A DNA stretch of 64,000 nt from Mayamaea pseudoterrestris. Lineage: Eukaryota. Positions 1-12,236 of the stretch are shown here, piece after piece (the stretch's first letter is position 1; each line of letters starts with the position of its first letter). A program made the translations under genes and the position numbers. A model generated the notes under the pieces. It was not told the DNA's origin. It worked only from the letters and a program-made list of their open reading frames with translations, and did no database searches. The stretch lies in NCBI GenBank assembly GCA_027923505.1, contig BROI01000022.1:558001-622000 (forward strand), in the 5' to 3' direction.

Positions 1-1
1 T

Positions 2-1801
2 TCCTTGGCCGTCCCAGCCGTCGTTGGATTGATTGGACTGTTTGTGGCGGCAAAGATTCTGCGGCCCAGTCGCAACCGAAAGCGCAACGCCGACATGGAT
101 AACGAAGATAGTGCTCTATCGTCACTCTACAGCGACTTGTACGGCGATCAGGAGCGTCAAAGCAGCAACAACAACGACAAGTCTCTATTAAAGCAACTCT
201 TTGGTATGCAATCGCAGTCATCCAACAATCTACCAAAAAACGTTGGCGTTCCGGCGCTAGAGTACATTACCATTAAAAACGTCAACCTCAAGCTGCAATC
301 CTACCAGTACAGTTTAACGGCGGCCACGCAGACCAAGGCCAAGGCGGCGAGCGACTATCGCAACGAAGCGCTGCGATTGGCGCTAAGCAAGAGTCTTGCT
401 AGTGGCAAGTTGTCACTGACAAACCATTAACTGTTTCAACTTGCTCACGCGGAAAAGGAATTTTTGAAGAATGGCATGGAGCTAATCAAGCGTTTGAACC
501 AGCAGCAGGCGGAACTGACGGAACTAACACTCGACGAGGAGCTTGACAATATGGGAATGGAGTCGGTCTACGAACTAGATCCAGCTAATGATAACGCCAC
601 AGACACGAACAAGAGTAACAAGTTCAAGAGTCTCATGGAGCGCGTGTCGGGAGGCGGCGACACCAAAAAGCGACAAGCCGTCCTGCTGAAACAGGTTGCC
701 GCGCTGCAGTTGCAACTCACCAAGCTGGAGCTTTCGTTTCGACAGGAACTCGTCAACGTTTGCGGTCCCACGCATGCGGCGAGTCTGCGCGCAACACTCG
801 TCGGAAGCACCACGACGAGTCTGCTGACGGCCCTGCAGGATCGACCACTGTCGCAAGTGCTGTCTGCCGGCGGCGGTGCAGCCGAATCGAATCATGACGC
901 TTCCAGTATATCATCCACGCATCGTCGTGCACCCAACTTGTTCGTCACATACTTTCCCGGCGACGCTTCCGCCAGCCAAGTCAAGGAGCTGCGCGAAGAA
1001 GTCACGGCCATTTGCCAGGCGGCGCAACCTGGCGACGAGGTTTTGGTGGTGCTGCAAACGGGCGGCGGCACGGTGACTGGCTACGGTTTGGCCGCGGGTC
1101 AGTTGCTCCGACTCAAGGAAAAGAAACTAAAACTAACCATTGCCGTGGAGCAAGTGGCGGCGAGTGGTGGATACATGATGTGCTGCGTGGCGGATCATAT
1201 TGTCGCCAGTCCGTTTGCAGTGTTGGGAAGTATTGGAGTCATTTCCGACATTCCCAACGTTTACGAGCGACTCAAGACGGAAGGAATCGAGTTTCAGACA
1301 GTCACGGCTGGCAAGTACAAGCGCACGCTGACTCCCACCAAAAAGGTGACCAAGGAAGATTATCAAAAGACGGCCAAGGATATTGAGAGCGTCTACGTGT
1401 TGTTTCGCGACTTTGTGGCCGAGAATCGTCCGCAACTCGACATTGAGAACGTTGCGACGGGCGAAACGTGGTTCGGCACGGCGGCGCTGGAGCGCAAATT
1501 GTGCGACGAGATCAAGGCGGTGGACGACGTCATTATGGAGTACATACAAAAGGGATTTCAGGTATTGGAAGTTGATTACACCCCGCCTGTTGAGACATTA
1601 TTTGGAACGATATCCCCGGCGCGAGCAGAACGAAGCTCTGGTGGATTCATTGCAAATAGTATCCGATGGCTAGTCAAGACGGTGGCAATGGAAGTCAAGG
1701 GCGAGTTTGGGAATGGATTTATGTCCTCGACGGAACAAAGTGTTGATAAAAGAGTCATGGCAAGTGATGACACTGCCGAGACAACTCGAATGGAGAGCTA
1801 A
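2..1801 (+). CDS. Peptidase S49 (SohB/SppA-like) protein, 5'-partial, with one in-frame TAA at 428-430
   Basis: ORFs 5..430 and 464..1801 are in the same frame. C-terminal motifs: LQTGGGTVTGYGLAA, VAASGGYMM (catalytic Ser), GSIGV, TAGKYKRTLT (catalytic Lys), VATGETWFG. Confidence 0.85.
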
Positions 1802-1987
1802 TAAATGTTGCTATAAAATAATGTTGAAAGCGTCAGCGCATGGGTAGCTATTCGTTGTATGAGTTTTTTTTACCAGGACATCGCCATGGAAATAACAGTA
1901 AAGTCTAAAGTCACTTTCCGTCGTGGCACGCGACTGTCGGCTGGTTTCTTCCACACATCAATTTTGTCTGTTCCTGTCATTTACTGC

Positions 1988-2027
1988 ATTCGTTGCGATT
2001 GAGAAAAATTCGTTGCGCTTGAGAAAA
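1988..2027. repeat. 20-bp tandem duplication ATTCGTTGCG(A/C)TTGAGAAAA x2
   Basis: Two adjacent copies, 19/20 identical, in intergenic DNA. Confidence 0.8.
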
Positions 2028-2316
2028 CGTGCCAACAAATGCATCATCGTCATGTTGCTTCACTCGAGTTGTGGCGTACAATTTGACAATTACTGGACTG
2101 TTTCATCGCTTCTGATTTGTCGGCTTGGCGACGTTGTTGCTGGGTTGGACGTTTTCAGAGACTGCGACTGCTTGGTGTAGCATCGTGAAACGAAGTTCCA
2201 ATGTGTTTTCGAGCATATTGTTTAGGTTGGCGAGGCGTCAGCAGCAGCAGCAGAAATCCTTTTTCGATTCCTCTACGCATCACTTGCATCCATACTGTCG
2301 TAATTTTTAAGCCCCA

Positions 2317-3390
2317 CTACTTTTGCAGCAGCCTTCGCGTCGTGCGGTTGATGCGCTCACGCACCATTACGAGCAAGGCGCTCTTCAACAGGGTATGCGC
2401 CAGCTGCAACGAAAGTCCACGGTAGAGCGAAATGAAACCATGACGTTGATAGTCGGTCAGTAGGCACGCAAGCAAACCATGGTTGCTGCTGGCATTTGTC
2501 GAACGAGTGCTTGACGCATCTCGAGCGAGCATGAGTACTACCTTGGCGCGAATGAGGGGATAGGTTATCATGGTGGCGACAAACTTGGCGGCAATTCCCA
2601 ACATGAATGCTTCCAACAAGGATAGATTGTTGCTGCTCGTTGCATTCATTCTAAAGTGTTGAGACTGCAGTAGTCGATATTTGAGCGAGTCGAACACCGT
2701 GTAATGAATGGCCGGGTTGATACATAGCAGCAAGGACGGCAGCAGTCCTTTCCAGTAGGGTTTGAGTCGATCCAGCAGCGGCGGCGGTGCATCATGGTCG
2801 AAAAGACTACCGGTACTACTAGTAGAGGCGCTGGCAGTCGCATGCTGCGGCGCAGTGCGCTCGTCCTCCACAAGGACCAGTTCCTGATCGTCGTCGTCCT
2901 CGTCGTCATTATCATTCTCATCATCGTATCTATCTTGCTCCGCCTGCCGCGGCAACGCTTGCTTTTGACTCGCCATGACGTCCATGGGAAGTGTCAGAAG
3001 CGTATTCAGCGCCGCAGCCACCATGCCAAGCAGTAGTCGCGTCGTTGCGGCAAGGTGGTGCTGCTGCTGTGATTGCTTTTTTGCTGCTGCTTGTTTGGCA
3101 GACGCGTAGAGAAAGGAATAGATGTAGAAATAGCAAAAGCTGCTCGTTGCTGTATGTAGTGTCTTGTATTGCCAGCCAGCAAAATGCTCGTCTATAAAGT
3201 TTAGTATTCTTTCAAGTGAAAATGGTGTCAATCGTTTTCGTTGCAGCCTCGACGGACCATGTTCGTCACATTGACTGCCCTGGAGTCTCGTCTTTTTCAA
3301 CTCGAGGGGATAGAATATCCACAGAGCCGCAACGGATGCGGAGACACCAGCCAGTGCATCCGCCAGTGCTCGTTGGCGGGGCGACAGCAT
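2317..3390 (-). CDS. Mitochondrial carrier family protein, peroxisomal (PMP34/ANT1, SLC25A17-like) type
   Basis: Three carrier signature repeats (YPLELKKTRLQ, LPMDVMAS, YPLIRAKV) plus YWKGLLPSLLLCINPAIHYTVFDSLK and LYRGLSLQL. Confidence 0.85.
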   Translation of the reverse strand: MLSPRQRALADALAGVSASVAALWIFYPLELKKTRLQGSQCDEHGPSRLQRKRLTPFSLERILNFIDEHFAGWQYKTLHTATSSFCYFYIYSFLYASAKQAAAKKQSQQQHHLAATTRLLLGMVAAALNTLLTLPMDVMASQKQALPRQAEQDRYDDENDNDDEDDDDQELVLVEDERTAPQHATASASTSSTGSLFDHDAPPPLLDRLKPYWKGLLPSLLLCINPAIHYTVFDSLKYRLLQSQHFRMNATSSNNLSLLEAFMLGIAAKFVATMITYPLIRAKVVLMLARDASSTRSTNASSNHGLLACLLTDYQRHGFISLYRGLSLQLAHTLLKSALLVMVRERINRTTRRLLQK

Positions 3391-4029
3391 GGTCTTGTCA
3401 GTCAGCCTTGTCCATGATTGAGACTTGAGACGCAACAAAATGAAGCAAGCGCGGGTTGACGTTCGTCACGCTCATGTCGCTCCGGTTTTCAGCGGATTAT
3501 TAGCTGCCGGTACGTAGTCATGATCAAGTTCAAAATAATTATATTAAAGCGTAAGATAGATCTATTGTACATTACAACAGTAGCTTATCTGTAAGTCATT
3601 ATGGTAAGCTATGTACACAAGTTTCTTCAATTCGGTCTGACTCATCCAGAGTCAGAACGGTCCCTTCCCCCCCTGGCGCAAAACGAAATTGCCGGCGCGC
3701 GGAACACGTTTTCAGTACTCGCGCTGTAGAAATCACTCGTGCGGCTGTCCGTTAATTGCAGACGTGTAACGCTTCATAACGGTCTTTGCACATCCTGTGT
3801 CTTAGCGTTACTTGCGCACGAATCGACCCAAACGAGCCTCTACCGGTAGGCACAGCATGGCCAGTGTTACACATTCACTGGCATGAACCTGCAGGCTGTT
3901 AAAGCATGATTGCAAATAAACACAAACAAGTAGCCTTGTAAGCACAAGAAACACTGATTTAAGCAGATTAAGGGGCATGCTATTTAAGTTGTGCCCACCT
4001 TCATAATGCATCAAGTATGGTACAACTTC

Positions 4030-5000
4030 TTTTCACCAAGTGTGTCATCCTCTGTGGCTCCCAGTCTGTCTCCCAGCACTCAACCATGTTGCTTGCCATC
4101 AAGTGTGTCCAAACTTGTCACTCTCTGTGGCTCCCAGTTTGTCTCCCAGCATTCCCCAGCAGCTTGCCATCAAGTGTGCCGTCAAGTGATCCAAGCGCCA
4201 AGCCAAGCGAGTCACCTAGCGCAGGACCAAGTCTTCTTCCCAGTGTAGCACCAAGCATGTCACCCTCCATGGCTCCCAGTGTGTCTCCCAGTACTCACCC
4301 AAGCAGCATGCCAATAGTGTGTGGCGTCAAGTGATCCAAGCGCCAAGCCAAGTGAGTCACACAACACAGGACCAAGTCTTCTTCTTAGTGTACCACCAAA
4401 CTAGTCACCCTCCGTGGCTCCCAGTGTGTTTCCCAGCACTCATCCAAGCAGCGTGCCATCAGGTGTGCCGTCAAGTGATCCAAGTGCCAAGCCAAGTGAG
4501 TCACCTAGCGCAGGACTAAGTCTTCTTCTTAGTGTACCACCAAGCTTGTCACCATCCATTGCTCCCAGTTTGTCTCCCAGCACTTACTCATGCAGTGTGC
4601 CGTCAAGTGACCCAAGCGCCAAGCCAAGTGAGTCACCTAGCGCAGGGCCCAGTCTTCTTCCCAGTGCAGCACCAAGCCTGTCACCCTCCGTGGTGACTCC
4701 CAATGTGTCTCCCAGCACTTACCCATGCAGCTTGCCATCAAAGGTGCCATCAAGTGACCCAAGCACCTAGCCCAGTGTGTCGTTTAGTGCAGGACCCACT
4801 CTCCTTCCCAGTGCAGCACCAAGCTTGTCACCCTCTGTGGCTTCCAGTGTGTCTCCCAGCACTCATACCAGCAGCATGCCATCAAATAATGGGCCGTCAA
4901 GTGACCCAAGCAACGCGTCCAGTGATTTGCTTTTTGCGGGACCCAGTCTCCTTCCCAGTGAAGCACCAAGGTTATCACCCTCTGTGGCTCCCTGGTCACT
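4030..5000 (+). pseudogene. Decayed Pro/Ser-rich (PSxx)n mucin-like tandem-repeat sequence, about six units of ~144 bp
   Basis: Anchor (G/A)TCAAGTGA recurs at 4181, 4326, 4470, 4602, 4749 and 4896 (periods 145, 144, 132, 147, 147). Translation gives PSSDPSAKPSESPSAGPSLLPS broken by stops and a frameshift. Confidence 0.8.
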
Positions 5001-5271
5001 TGGCAGCAGGCCTTTTCCATTGGGTTCCCATCTATGCTATTGGTCACATCATATGCACTTATCCTTTTGTTCAACTGAGAGTTAGTGCTAACATTCCAGG
5101 TGCATTGTCTGTTCCGTTGGAGCTGCCACGCAGTCAGGTCAGACCCCGGTCCCTCGGTGCAATTGTTTCATGCGTGTCCGTTCAGTAACGCTACGACAGA
5201 ACGCCATTTTTTCTTTCTCGTCGACAACCGCAAGATCAAATTCACCCTCATTTCTTCCATGTCAATTCATC

Positions 5272-6348
5272 ATGTCTTGTACAAGCTATTACTGCGCAAT
5301 ACTGTGTTTAACATTATCTTTACAAAAAGGAATTGAAGCTTGGACGTGCCCTCCTTTTCCGTGTCGGCCATTATCCATCACCTCCTTGTCCAATGCACGA
5401 CGGCCCTTGAGTTTCCGTCATGTCAGCACGCAACTCTTTCAAAGCAGCAATGCCTCTGATGAAATCCTTCAGAAGGGTTTTTCAACGGAAGAGATTGAAA
5501 TTGTTAATAATATATACAAACAGGCCGACCATGACCAAACATTGGAGCAATCGGTGCGAAACGCATTACCCAATCTTCATCCATCACTCGTCATGAAGCT
5601 CAAGCAGGCGCAAGGCCAACATGACAACGCCAGCGTGGCGCAAGTATCACAGTCACTCAACAATATTCTCAATCAGCAGCTCGAGCAAGCCAAGCAAACG
5701 CTCTTTGATTTACTCAACGCTGGAGAAATACGCAAGCTCGACTCACTCATTGGCAAGGCTGCGCGCGAGAATCGTTTGGACGCCGCCTTTTTCAACGTGT
5801 TAACGGCCAATCTGCAGAATGCCAAACAACAGGAGGCGACTGATGCAGAAGTCAGTGACGCACCTTCTGCGAATCGCGCGCAGATTCTCCAGCACGTGTA
5901 TACGCGCTGCCAGGAGGAGGTGGAAAAGACCATTCCACCCGGAACGGCACTGCTCAACAAGCTGCTTCGGACGGAGCAGCCTGCCATTCGCAGCAACCTC
6001 TACGAGCACTATCTCGTGGCAGAACGCAAAACGATCACCACGCCGGACGGCAAGCAGATTGAACTTGCGCCAACTGAAACAATCAAGCCACTGGTGTCAC
6101 TCGACGACTTTTGCGGCGCACTGGCTCACGCGGTGCAGCAGATTCGCACCGTCGAGCGAGCGGGGGGCACTGACCGAGCCACAGCCGCCGCCTTGGTCGA
6201 GTCGTGTCGGTCCGTCGCCAAGGAGGCGCGCATGGTGCTGGGCAGCAAGTATGGACCGGAAGCGCCGCAAGTCAAGCAGCTGGAGGAGGGTTTGCAACCA
6301 GTCTTTCGACCAGTGTCGGCGGATAGTCCGTATATCAAGGGGTTATAG
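5272..6348 (+). CDS. Probable plastid-targeted helical protein, At4g37920/PRDA1-like family
   Basis: Signal peptide ending IEA-W followed by a Ser/Arg-rich transit region. The segments IGKAARENRLDAAFF and ILQHVY...IPPGTALLNKLLR resemble this family from memory. Confidence 0.6.
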   Translation: MSCTSYYCAILCLTLSLQKGIEAWTCPPFPCRPLSITSLSNARRPLSFRHVSTQLFQSSNASDEILQKGFSTEEIEIVNNIYKQADHDQTLEQSVRNALPNLHPSLVMKLKQAQGQHDNASVAQVSQSLNNILNQQLEQAKQTLFDLLNAGEIRKLDSLIGKAARENRLDAAFFNVLTANLQNAKQQEATDAEVSDAPSANRAQILQHVYTRCQEEVEKTIPPGTALLNKLLRTEQPAIRSNLYEHYLVAERKTITTPDGKQIELAPTETIKPLVSLDDFCGALAHAVQQIRTVERAGGTDRATAAALVESCRSVAKEARMVLGSKYGPEAPQVKQLEEGLQPVFRPVSADSPYIKGL

Positions 6349-6420
6349 CGAATATTGATACTATGTTTAATACACTACCGTAGGCACACACTGCCGCTGA
6401 TTAGTTCATCACAACATCAT

Positions 6421-7237
6421 CTAAGAGACGGTATTAAAGTAGCGATCGCCGTAATCGCCTAGCCCCGGCACAATGTACTTGTCATCGTTCAAACCCTCAT
6501 CAATGCAAGCTGTCACAATCGTAATTTGCGGATAGGCCTTGGCCAATACTTGCAAACCTTCCGGCGCTGAAATCACATTGGCAAACACAATGCGACTTGG
6601 ATCAACGCCATGTTGCTCGACCAAAACGTGCAGCGCCATGTTCGCCGACCCACCCGTCGCCAGCATGGGGTCGCACAGCAACACGTACATGTTGCGTATA
6701 TTTTGCGGCAACTTGCAGTAGAATAACTGAGGTAGCTTGTTGACGTCAGCTTCGTCGCGCTGGATCAAAATCTTTCCCACCGCACAGGCCGGTTCCACGT
6801 TTCGAACGGCTTCCAGCAAGCAATCGCCCGATCGAATGATACTGACGGCGCATATACTCGTTGCGTCAATGGGTTGAATGCCTTCACAGGCGCTGCCCGT
6901 GGGTGTTGTAATGGTCAAAGGCTCGGAGGGAAATTCCGCCAAGGCATCCTCGGCGACCAGTCGCATGACGCGCTGCGAGTATTGGACAAAGTCTTGTGAT
7001 GATGAATTTGCGTCTGTAATGTATATATGCACGTGTAGAAGAAACAGATGAATGAGACAAAGACTGTATAAAATAGAAATGATGCAGATGGCAGCGATCG
7101 GCGTCCAAAACGAAATCTCGGCAGTCACGCCCTTATCGCGCACCTCGCATCTTGGTGAAGAGAAACTTGTGCGCCTTTGACTGACATACTACAAGGTTAG
7201 GATGCAGCTGCGAAAGTTCTGTTGTCGCTTGCGCCAT
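6421..7237 (-). CDS. UPRT: Uracil phosphoribosyltransferase, 2 exons (intron 7014..7143)
   Basis: Splicing gives FTKMR-DANSSSQDFVQYSQR. Motifs VSIIRSG, GKILIQRDE, LCDPMLATGGSA (PRPP site) and YIVPGLGDYGDRYF. Confidence 0.95.
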
Positions 7238-7531
7238 GATGCAGCAGAGACAGTCGAAATGTTGGTCGTGCCGACCTGCCGATTCCGGTTGTGACTGAGA
7301 AAAAATGGCAGTCACTGTCACATGTCGCATAGGTTTCGGCTAACTACCGGTAGCAGAAGTTCGACGCGATTTATTACGCACACTACAAGTGGGGTACAGT
7401 ATTGTAACAAACTTCCCAGCCGTAACCAAAAAAGGACAGTAAATGGTAGCAACATTTCTCGGTTATGAACATGACGACATTTATTTACTTGATTTTTCTA
7501 AGGCAGACGAAGCAACGTGAATGACCTATGG

Positions 7532-9734
7532 TCAGTACGCTTCCGTGTCATACGACTCCACTGGTAATCCCAGCAAAAAGGTGGTGACCCAGTTCTTGAG
7601 TGCCACGTCCGCTAGCTGCGAGACGGGAATGTTGCTCTTAAAGACCAAGGTATTGTCGTCTTGATTCTCGTGACCAACCTCCCGTGGATTGATGGAAGGA
7701 AGGTCATGGCCGTGGTGGTTCGTGTCGGGCGCACCCTTGGACCAGGCTTCGTCGGCAACGGCAAGATTGTCCTTCAAAGTTTGCGAAGTAAGGACTCGCT
7801 GGCTTGATAGAGCGTCCCATACATCCTTTGCCTTGTGGTGCGGAACAATCTCAAACTGTCCACGTTCAATCTCGCCTTGCAAGCCCTTGGGGACGTTGGC
7901 ATTCTCCTTGGTCCATACACTGACGCCGGTAATGACAAAGAACTCGTCGGCGCTGGCAACACCGTGACTGATAGCTTTGGTGACTTCCTCGTTGGTGCAT
8001 TTCCAAATGCCAGTCTCAGCTGGTCCGATGGGAGCGCCGACGCCCATGGAACGTAGCGACTCGCTGCGGTGCACCCACAGCAACGGCTCAGCACCATTGA
8101 CACTAAACTGTCCTCCAAATCGAAGAGGCAGCGTAAGGGTTTGCGACTTGCCCGTGTTCTTGCGAGTGACGTGAAGGTCCAAGCCCTTGGCGGCTGGCCG
8201 GTTAATAATTGCACCAACAGTGTACTTGTCATCATCACTCAACACAAGGATTAGCGCCTTGTGTAATTCCTGATTGTCAAACAAAAAGGGCGATCGGGCA
8301 AACAGGGCGGACCGCACCAAATCACCAACGAGCAAATCTTGTCCCTGCGCCGCCGCCGACGCCCGGTCCATCATTTGATCAACGCCCTCCTTGCGAAACA
8401 CTCCTTCCACGTCAATGACAACATCATCAATATCGTCATTTTCCTCCGTCCTGTCACCGGCACCGCCTCCAGCTTCCTTGCTGACCAAATGATGGAGCGA
8501 CCACTCACGAAGCATCAAATCATCGAAACCTCCTTCATTTTCGTTTGCCGTCTGTCCACGTCCAATCATGTGCATGAGCATGTTCCACGTTTCCAATCCA
8601 GCGTCACGGGGATCGGCATTCGCCGTCGTGGCCATTTCCTTGAGCAGCGTCTGCGAGTCAGTGGCAACCATGTACCACGATTTTTGGTCGAGCTCCTTGT
8701 GCAACTGACCGGGTCCCCAGCCGGCGTAACCGCAAAACACTTGGAAATCTTCTGGGAGGGCAGCTCCAGCATGAACTAGCTTCTTGGCGTTTTCAAACGT
8801 CGTCCACTGGATATCCTTCATGACTGGTACACTGGCCGCATGGGCTTGGCGGTTCTGAACGGAATGAAGACAGACAATGTCGGGATGCTCGCTCTCAATG
8901 CCTTGCACGTCGCCTCCGAACCAAACCTTCCACTTGATGCCGGGGTTGACGTCGTCGCGCAGCACCAAATCAGTGGGACGATTCAATATAATGCCCTTGG
9001 TGAAAATGCTTTCCTCGTGATCGAGAATCAAAATGGCAGCCTTGTGGAAATACTGAAAGAAGGAAAACACAGCGGTGGTTAGCAATCGGTCGCACCAACA
9101 TTGTTTCTCTAAAGTCACACTCGAAAAGCCTTCTTACCTGCTGTCGTAGTCCGTAACCAAAGTCTTGCTCAACGCCGCCAAGGACAACGGCACCTTGCTC
9201 AATGATGGTTCCACTCTCGTAGGCCCACTGCGATGGATCGAGGGGCGTCATGTTGCTCAATGCGCCAGTCTTGTGCTGCTGCTGGGGAGGCATTTTTTCA
9301 AAAAACTTGCCAATCCCGTCCAAATCACACTCGCCCGACGAGGGAACGCAGTCGTCAAAGTCTTCTTCTTCGTCGTCAACTTGACCTTGCATCTCCATGG
9401 ACAGTGACGACTGCGACTGCCGCAACATGGGAATTTCCGGTTCCTCGCGCACGAGCTTGGCCCGAAAGGCTCTCCAGTCGCGGCCGTCCACGTCCATGAA
9501 ATCTTCGGCCGTGTCCTCGCCATTGTCTTGAGCGTTATTAGCGTCTTGGTTCTTCTTGTTCGAGTAGAGTGAGGTAGAAGAGCGATGGCTGACTGCTGGA
9601 GCAGCGTGATTTTCCAGTCGTCTGGAGACAATGGAGCGTGACAGTAGAGCGGGCGGTGTCGTAAAGGCGAAAGACGGCCCGACGAGTAACAGGCTGCTCA
9701 GCAGCACTAGCTGCGGCTTGGAGAAGGAAAACAT
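7532..9734 (-). CDS. Plastid-targeted protein with two AlgH/YqgE (UPF0301) domains, 2 exons (intron 9053..9137)
   Basis: Presequence MFSFSKPQLVLL...SFA-FTTPP and DWRAFRAKLV. Domain 1: GIILNRPT, WFGGDV, FCGYAGWGPGQLHKE. Domain 2: GAIINRP, LRFGGQF, ITGVSVW..GLQGE. Confidence 0.85.
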
Positions 9735-11414
9735 GGTCACTCTCTCTTGAACAATACTAATGCTGTTAGTTGATGGCTCCTTCTTCTGAATTGTGTGCGA
9801 GAGCAAGATTGATGGGTCAAAAGTGATGGTTTTCTCGATCGAGGATCGAAAGTGTCGGAGCAGATGCGCTCGGCCATCTGCGCGTTGGCCGGCTGCGTCA
9901 AAAACGGTTCGCAAACGAGTCATTCACAGAAGTTGAGCGCCAATGAAAAGAAACGAGGAACACGGAGAAACTTGGCACATACGATTGGCTGTCGTAGCGG
10001 TTATAGAATGAGAACTTTGCCATGACGAGGCAAGAAAGAGCGATCGATTACAAATACAACATCCAACACTTTCCGGCAGCAAACATGCTAATTTAACGAG
10101 ATTGAAGAACAACACTTCGTTCGAAGTTACAAGCGGAAGCGGACAGCAAGCTCGCTCCTACACCATATCATGGTAACGCCACGGAACACGGAAAACCTGC
10201 CTCCTCGCTGGAGGACCTTGAATCTTGACCATCATTACCACTATTGAATGTTTCTTCTTCTGATGTCCTGCTTCTTGCATCTGACTTTTAAATGCTGTGG
10301 GGCGACTGTGGAGAATCTACTTCTGGGGCAGGGGGCTGTCTGAAGATACATCCGACTGTGACAAGTTGTTAAACGATCGTGGAGCATCCGTTTCGGAGGC
10401 AGCGGCTCGTCCTGAGGTTCTTGGCCATCATCTTCTGAGCATGCATCCAACTTTGTATAGCTACCAGATGATCGTGGGGGCATCATTTTCGCGGTTGGTT
10501 GCTAGTCCGGCAGGGTTATAAACAATCGGCGATTTAATATAATATGGATGCTGCAGCTGCCTCAAGTTTTCAATTAGCACCCTGAATGCCAGCTGGCGAA
10601 GCCGGACGTTGGTGGAAAGTAGACGTGCGCTGCGCGGGACGTGTCGCAACATGCTGTGGGGCGCCATCTCTCGTCGAAGGCGTACTGCCCGTTATGTATT
10701 GAGCAATGATGTGAGACAAAAGTGAAAGGTGATACCTGCTACAAAAGTCTGACTGCGATATACTTGAAATCCTACTTTTGTTTTACACAATGAATCCTCC
10801 CATGCAAGCATTGATTGCGGCCAGTAATCGGTGCTTACTTTCTCTGTTGCGGACCATTGTCATCGCCAGTTGCAGCATCAATCTTGCCATGGCCGTATTT
10901 TGAAGGGCATTCATTCGCAAGCACTCCCAGATGGTGTGACATGCTCTGATCCTTCTGCCGCCAACGTTTGCGGATAGCCTATCATCGGAGATGGCTTGGG
11001 AAGCTCTTATCAAACTTGAATCGCCTCACGTTTGGCGTTTTGGGATCGGATGCTCGCTGGAATCGGCTATTACCGATTGCCGATGCTCGGGCGAGAGTTT
11101 ACTTGCTTTGCCTAAACCACTATTCAAAAACCACCCAAGCTCTTTGGCAAGACATTCTCAGGAGAAAGCCAGGCTTATCGGGCAAGATACTTCTACGGCT
11201 AACCTAACCATACTATATGCCTACCTCATAGTTTTTGTGCATAGGGGTTAGCCTGGTTATTCATATATTATAAAACAATTAGTCTGTAGCACTAGTCGCC
11301 AACCTTTTGTAAGACAGCTGTTGGCGTTGGCTCAACAAAATGTATATTATGAGCATAGCTGCACACCGGTAGCTCCCGGTTACTTCGTCGCTCGTCGCCG
11401 CAGTGAACCTAGCG

Positions 11415-11867
11415 TCATGCTCCCATGGCAATAATCAAAGACACCTTCGGCGCTGGTATTGGCACATGAATGGTTAGACCAAGAATTGACTTGATCGTTG
11501 TGTCGCTCCTTGTTGATCTTGACCTTGGCTTGCGAGCAATTGAAGTTGACCTTCGTCGAGGCAACCGTGGTGGAGAATCCGTCGAATCAGAGCCTCGCCG
11601 TGGCATTCTGGGGCCGTCGTCTTGTTCAACTCTGCAGCGCTCATGGCATGACGATAGCGAAAGGTCGAGATCGCAGGGGATGGTAATGCTTGTTGTTTCG
11701 ATCATGACTGTTGTTCGTTTGACTGGAGAAAAGGATTGTGAGCAGTCCAAGGTTGCTGCCTTAGCTTCCGGGCGATTGTTGAATAATTGCCCGGGCAGTT
11801 CCATAAGTCGTTGTGTACAGTAATGGCCATACAGATTCATTAACATTTCACTGATAGAATGGTACAT
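11415..11867 (-). CDS. Small hypothetical protein (start uncertain)
   Basis: 150-codon ORF with repeated PRMPRR/PRLPRR motifs and no recognisable domain. Confidence 0.35.
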   Translation of the reverse strand: MYHSISEMLMNLYGHYCTQRLMELPGQLFNNRPEAKAATLDCSQSFSPVKRTTVMIETTSITIPCDLDLSLSSCHERCRVEQDDGPRMPRRGSDSTDSPPRLPRRRSTSIARKPRSRSTRSDTTIKSILGLTIHVPIPAPKVSLIIAMGA

Positions 11868-12182
11868 ATGTGCGTGTGAATGTTAAACGGCATAATGACT
11901 TATGAATGGTCTTTTTCGTGCCTTGTCAGCACATTTTGCAAAATGTTGGTATAGCCCAACTTCGTCAAGTTGCTGTTGAAGAACGTGATTACGCCACTGA
12001 ATGAGCAATCGAACGCGATTTCTTTTATAGCCCCCTTCTTTACAGTTGTCACAACAGGCGCGTCTCAAGATGGCGGTGGAATATATCGTCGGTAGAACGC
12101 TTCTTTTTGTCGCGTCAGGTCCGAGGAATGCAGCTGATTATTGTCAAGTGAAGAATGCGCACATCAATGGCCACACCGGTAT

Positions 12183-12236
12183 GATACGAATCAATTCCTT
12201 CTTCGCGGGATACGAATCAACTTCGTCGCGGGATAC
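12183..12236. repeat. Short imperfect tandem repeat (GATACGAATCAA...TCGCGGGATAC)
   Basis: GATACGAATCAA occurs at 12183 and 12209, and TCGCGGGATAC at 12203 and 12226. Confidence 0.6.

Noticed and set aside
428..430. Alternative genetic code with TAA as a sense codon
   Set aside because: TAA terminates several well-supported genes here (for example at 1799-1801 and 32527-32529).
3846..5114. Transposable element
   Set aside because: No terminal repeats, target-site duplication or transposase/reverse-transcriptase remnants are visible; the repeat period and translation fit a Pro/Ser coding repeat.
7014..7143. UPRT starting MRDKGVTAE as in the ORF track
   Set aside because: The segment is a GT-AG intron, and splicing to the upstream exon gives the expected N-terminus.
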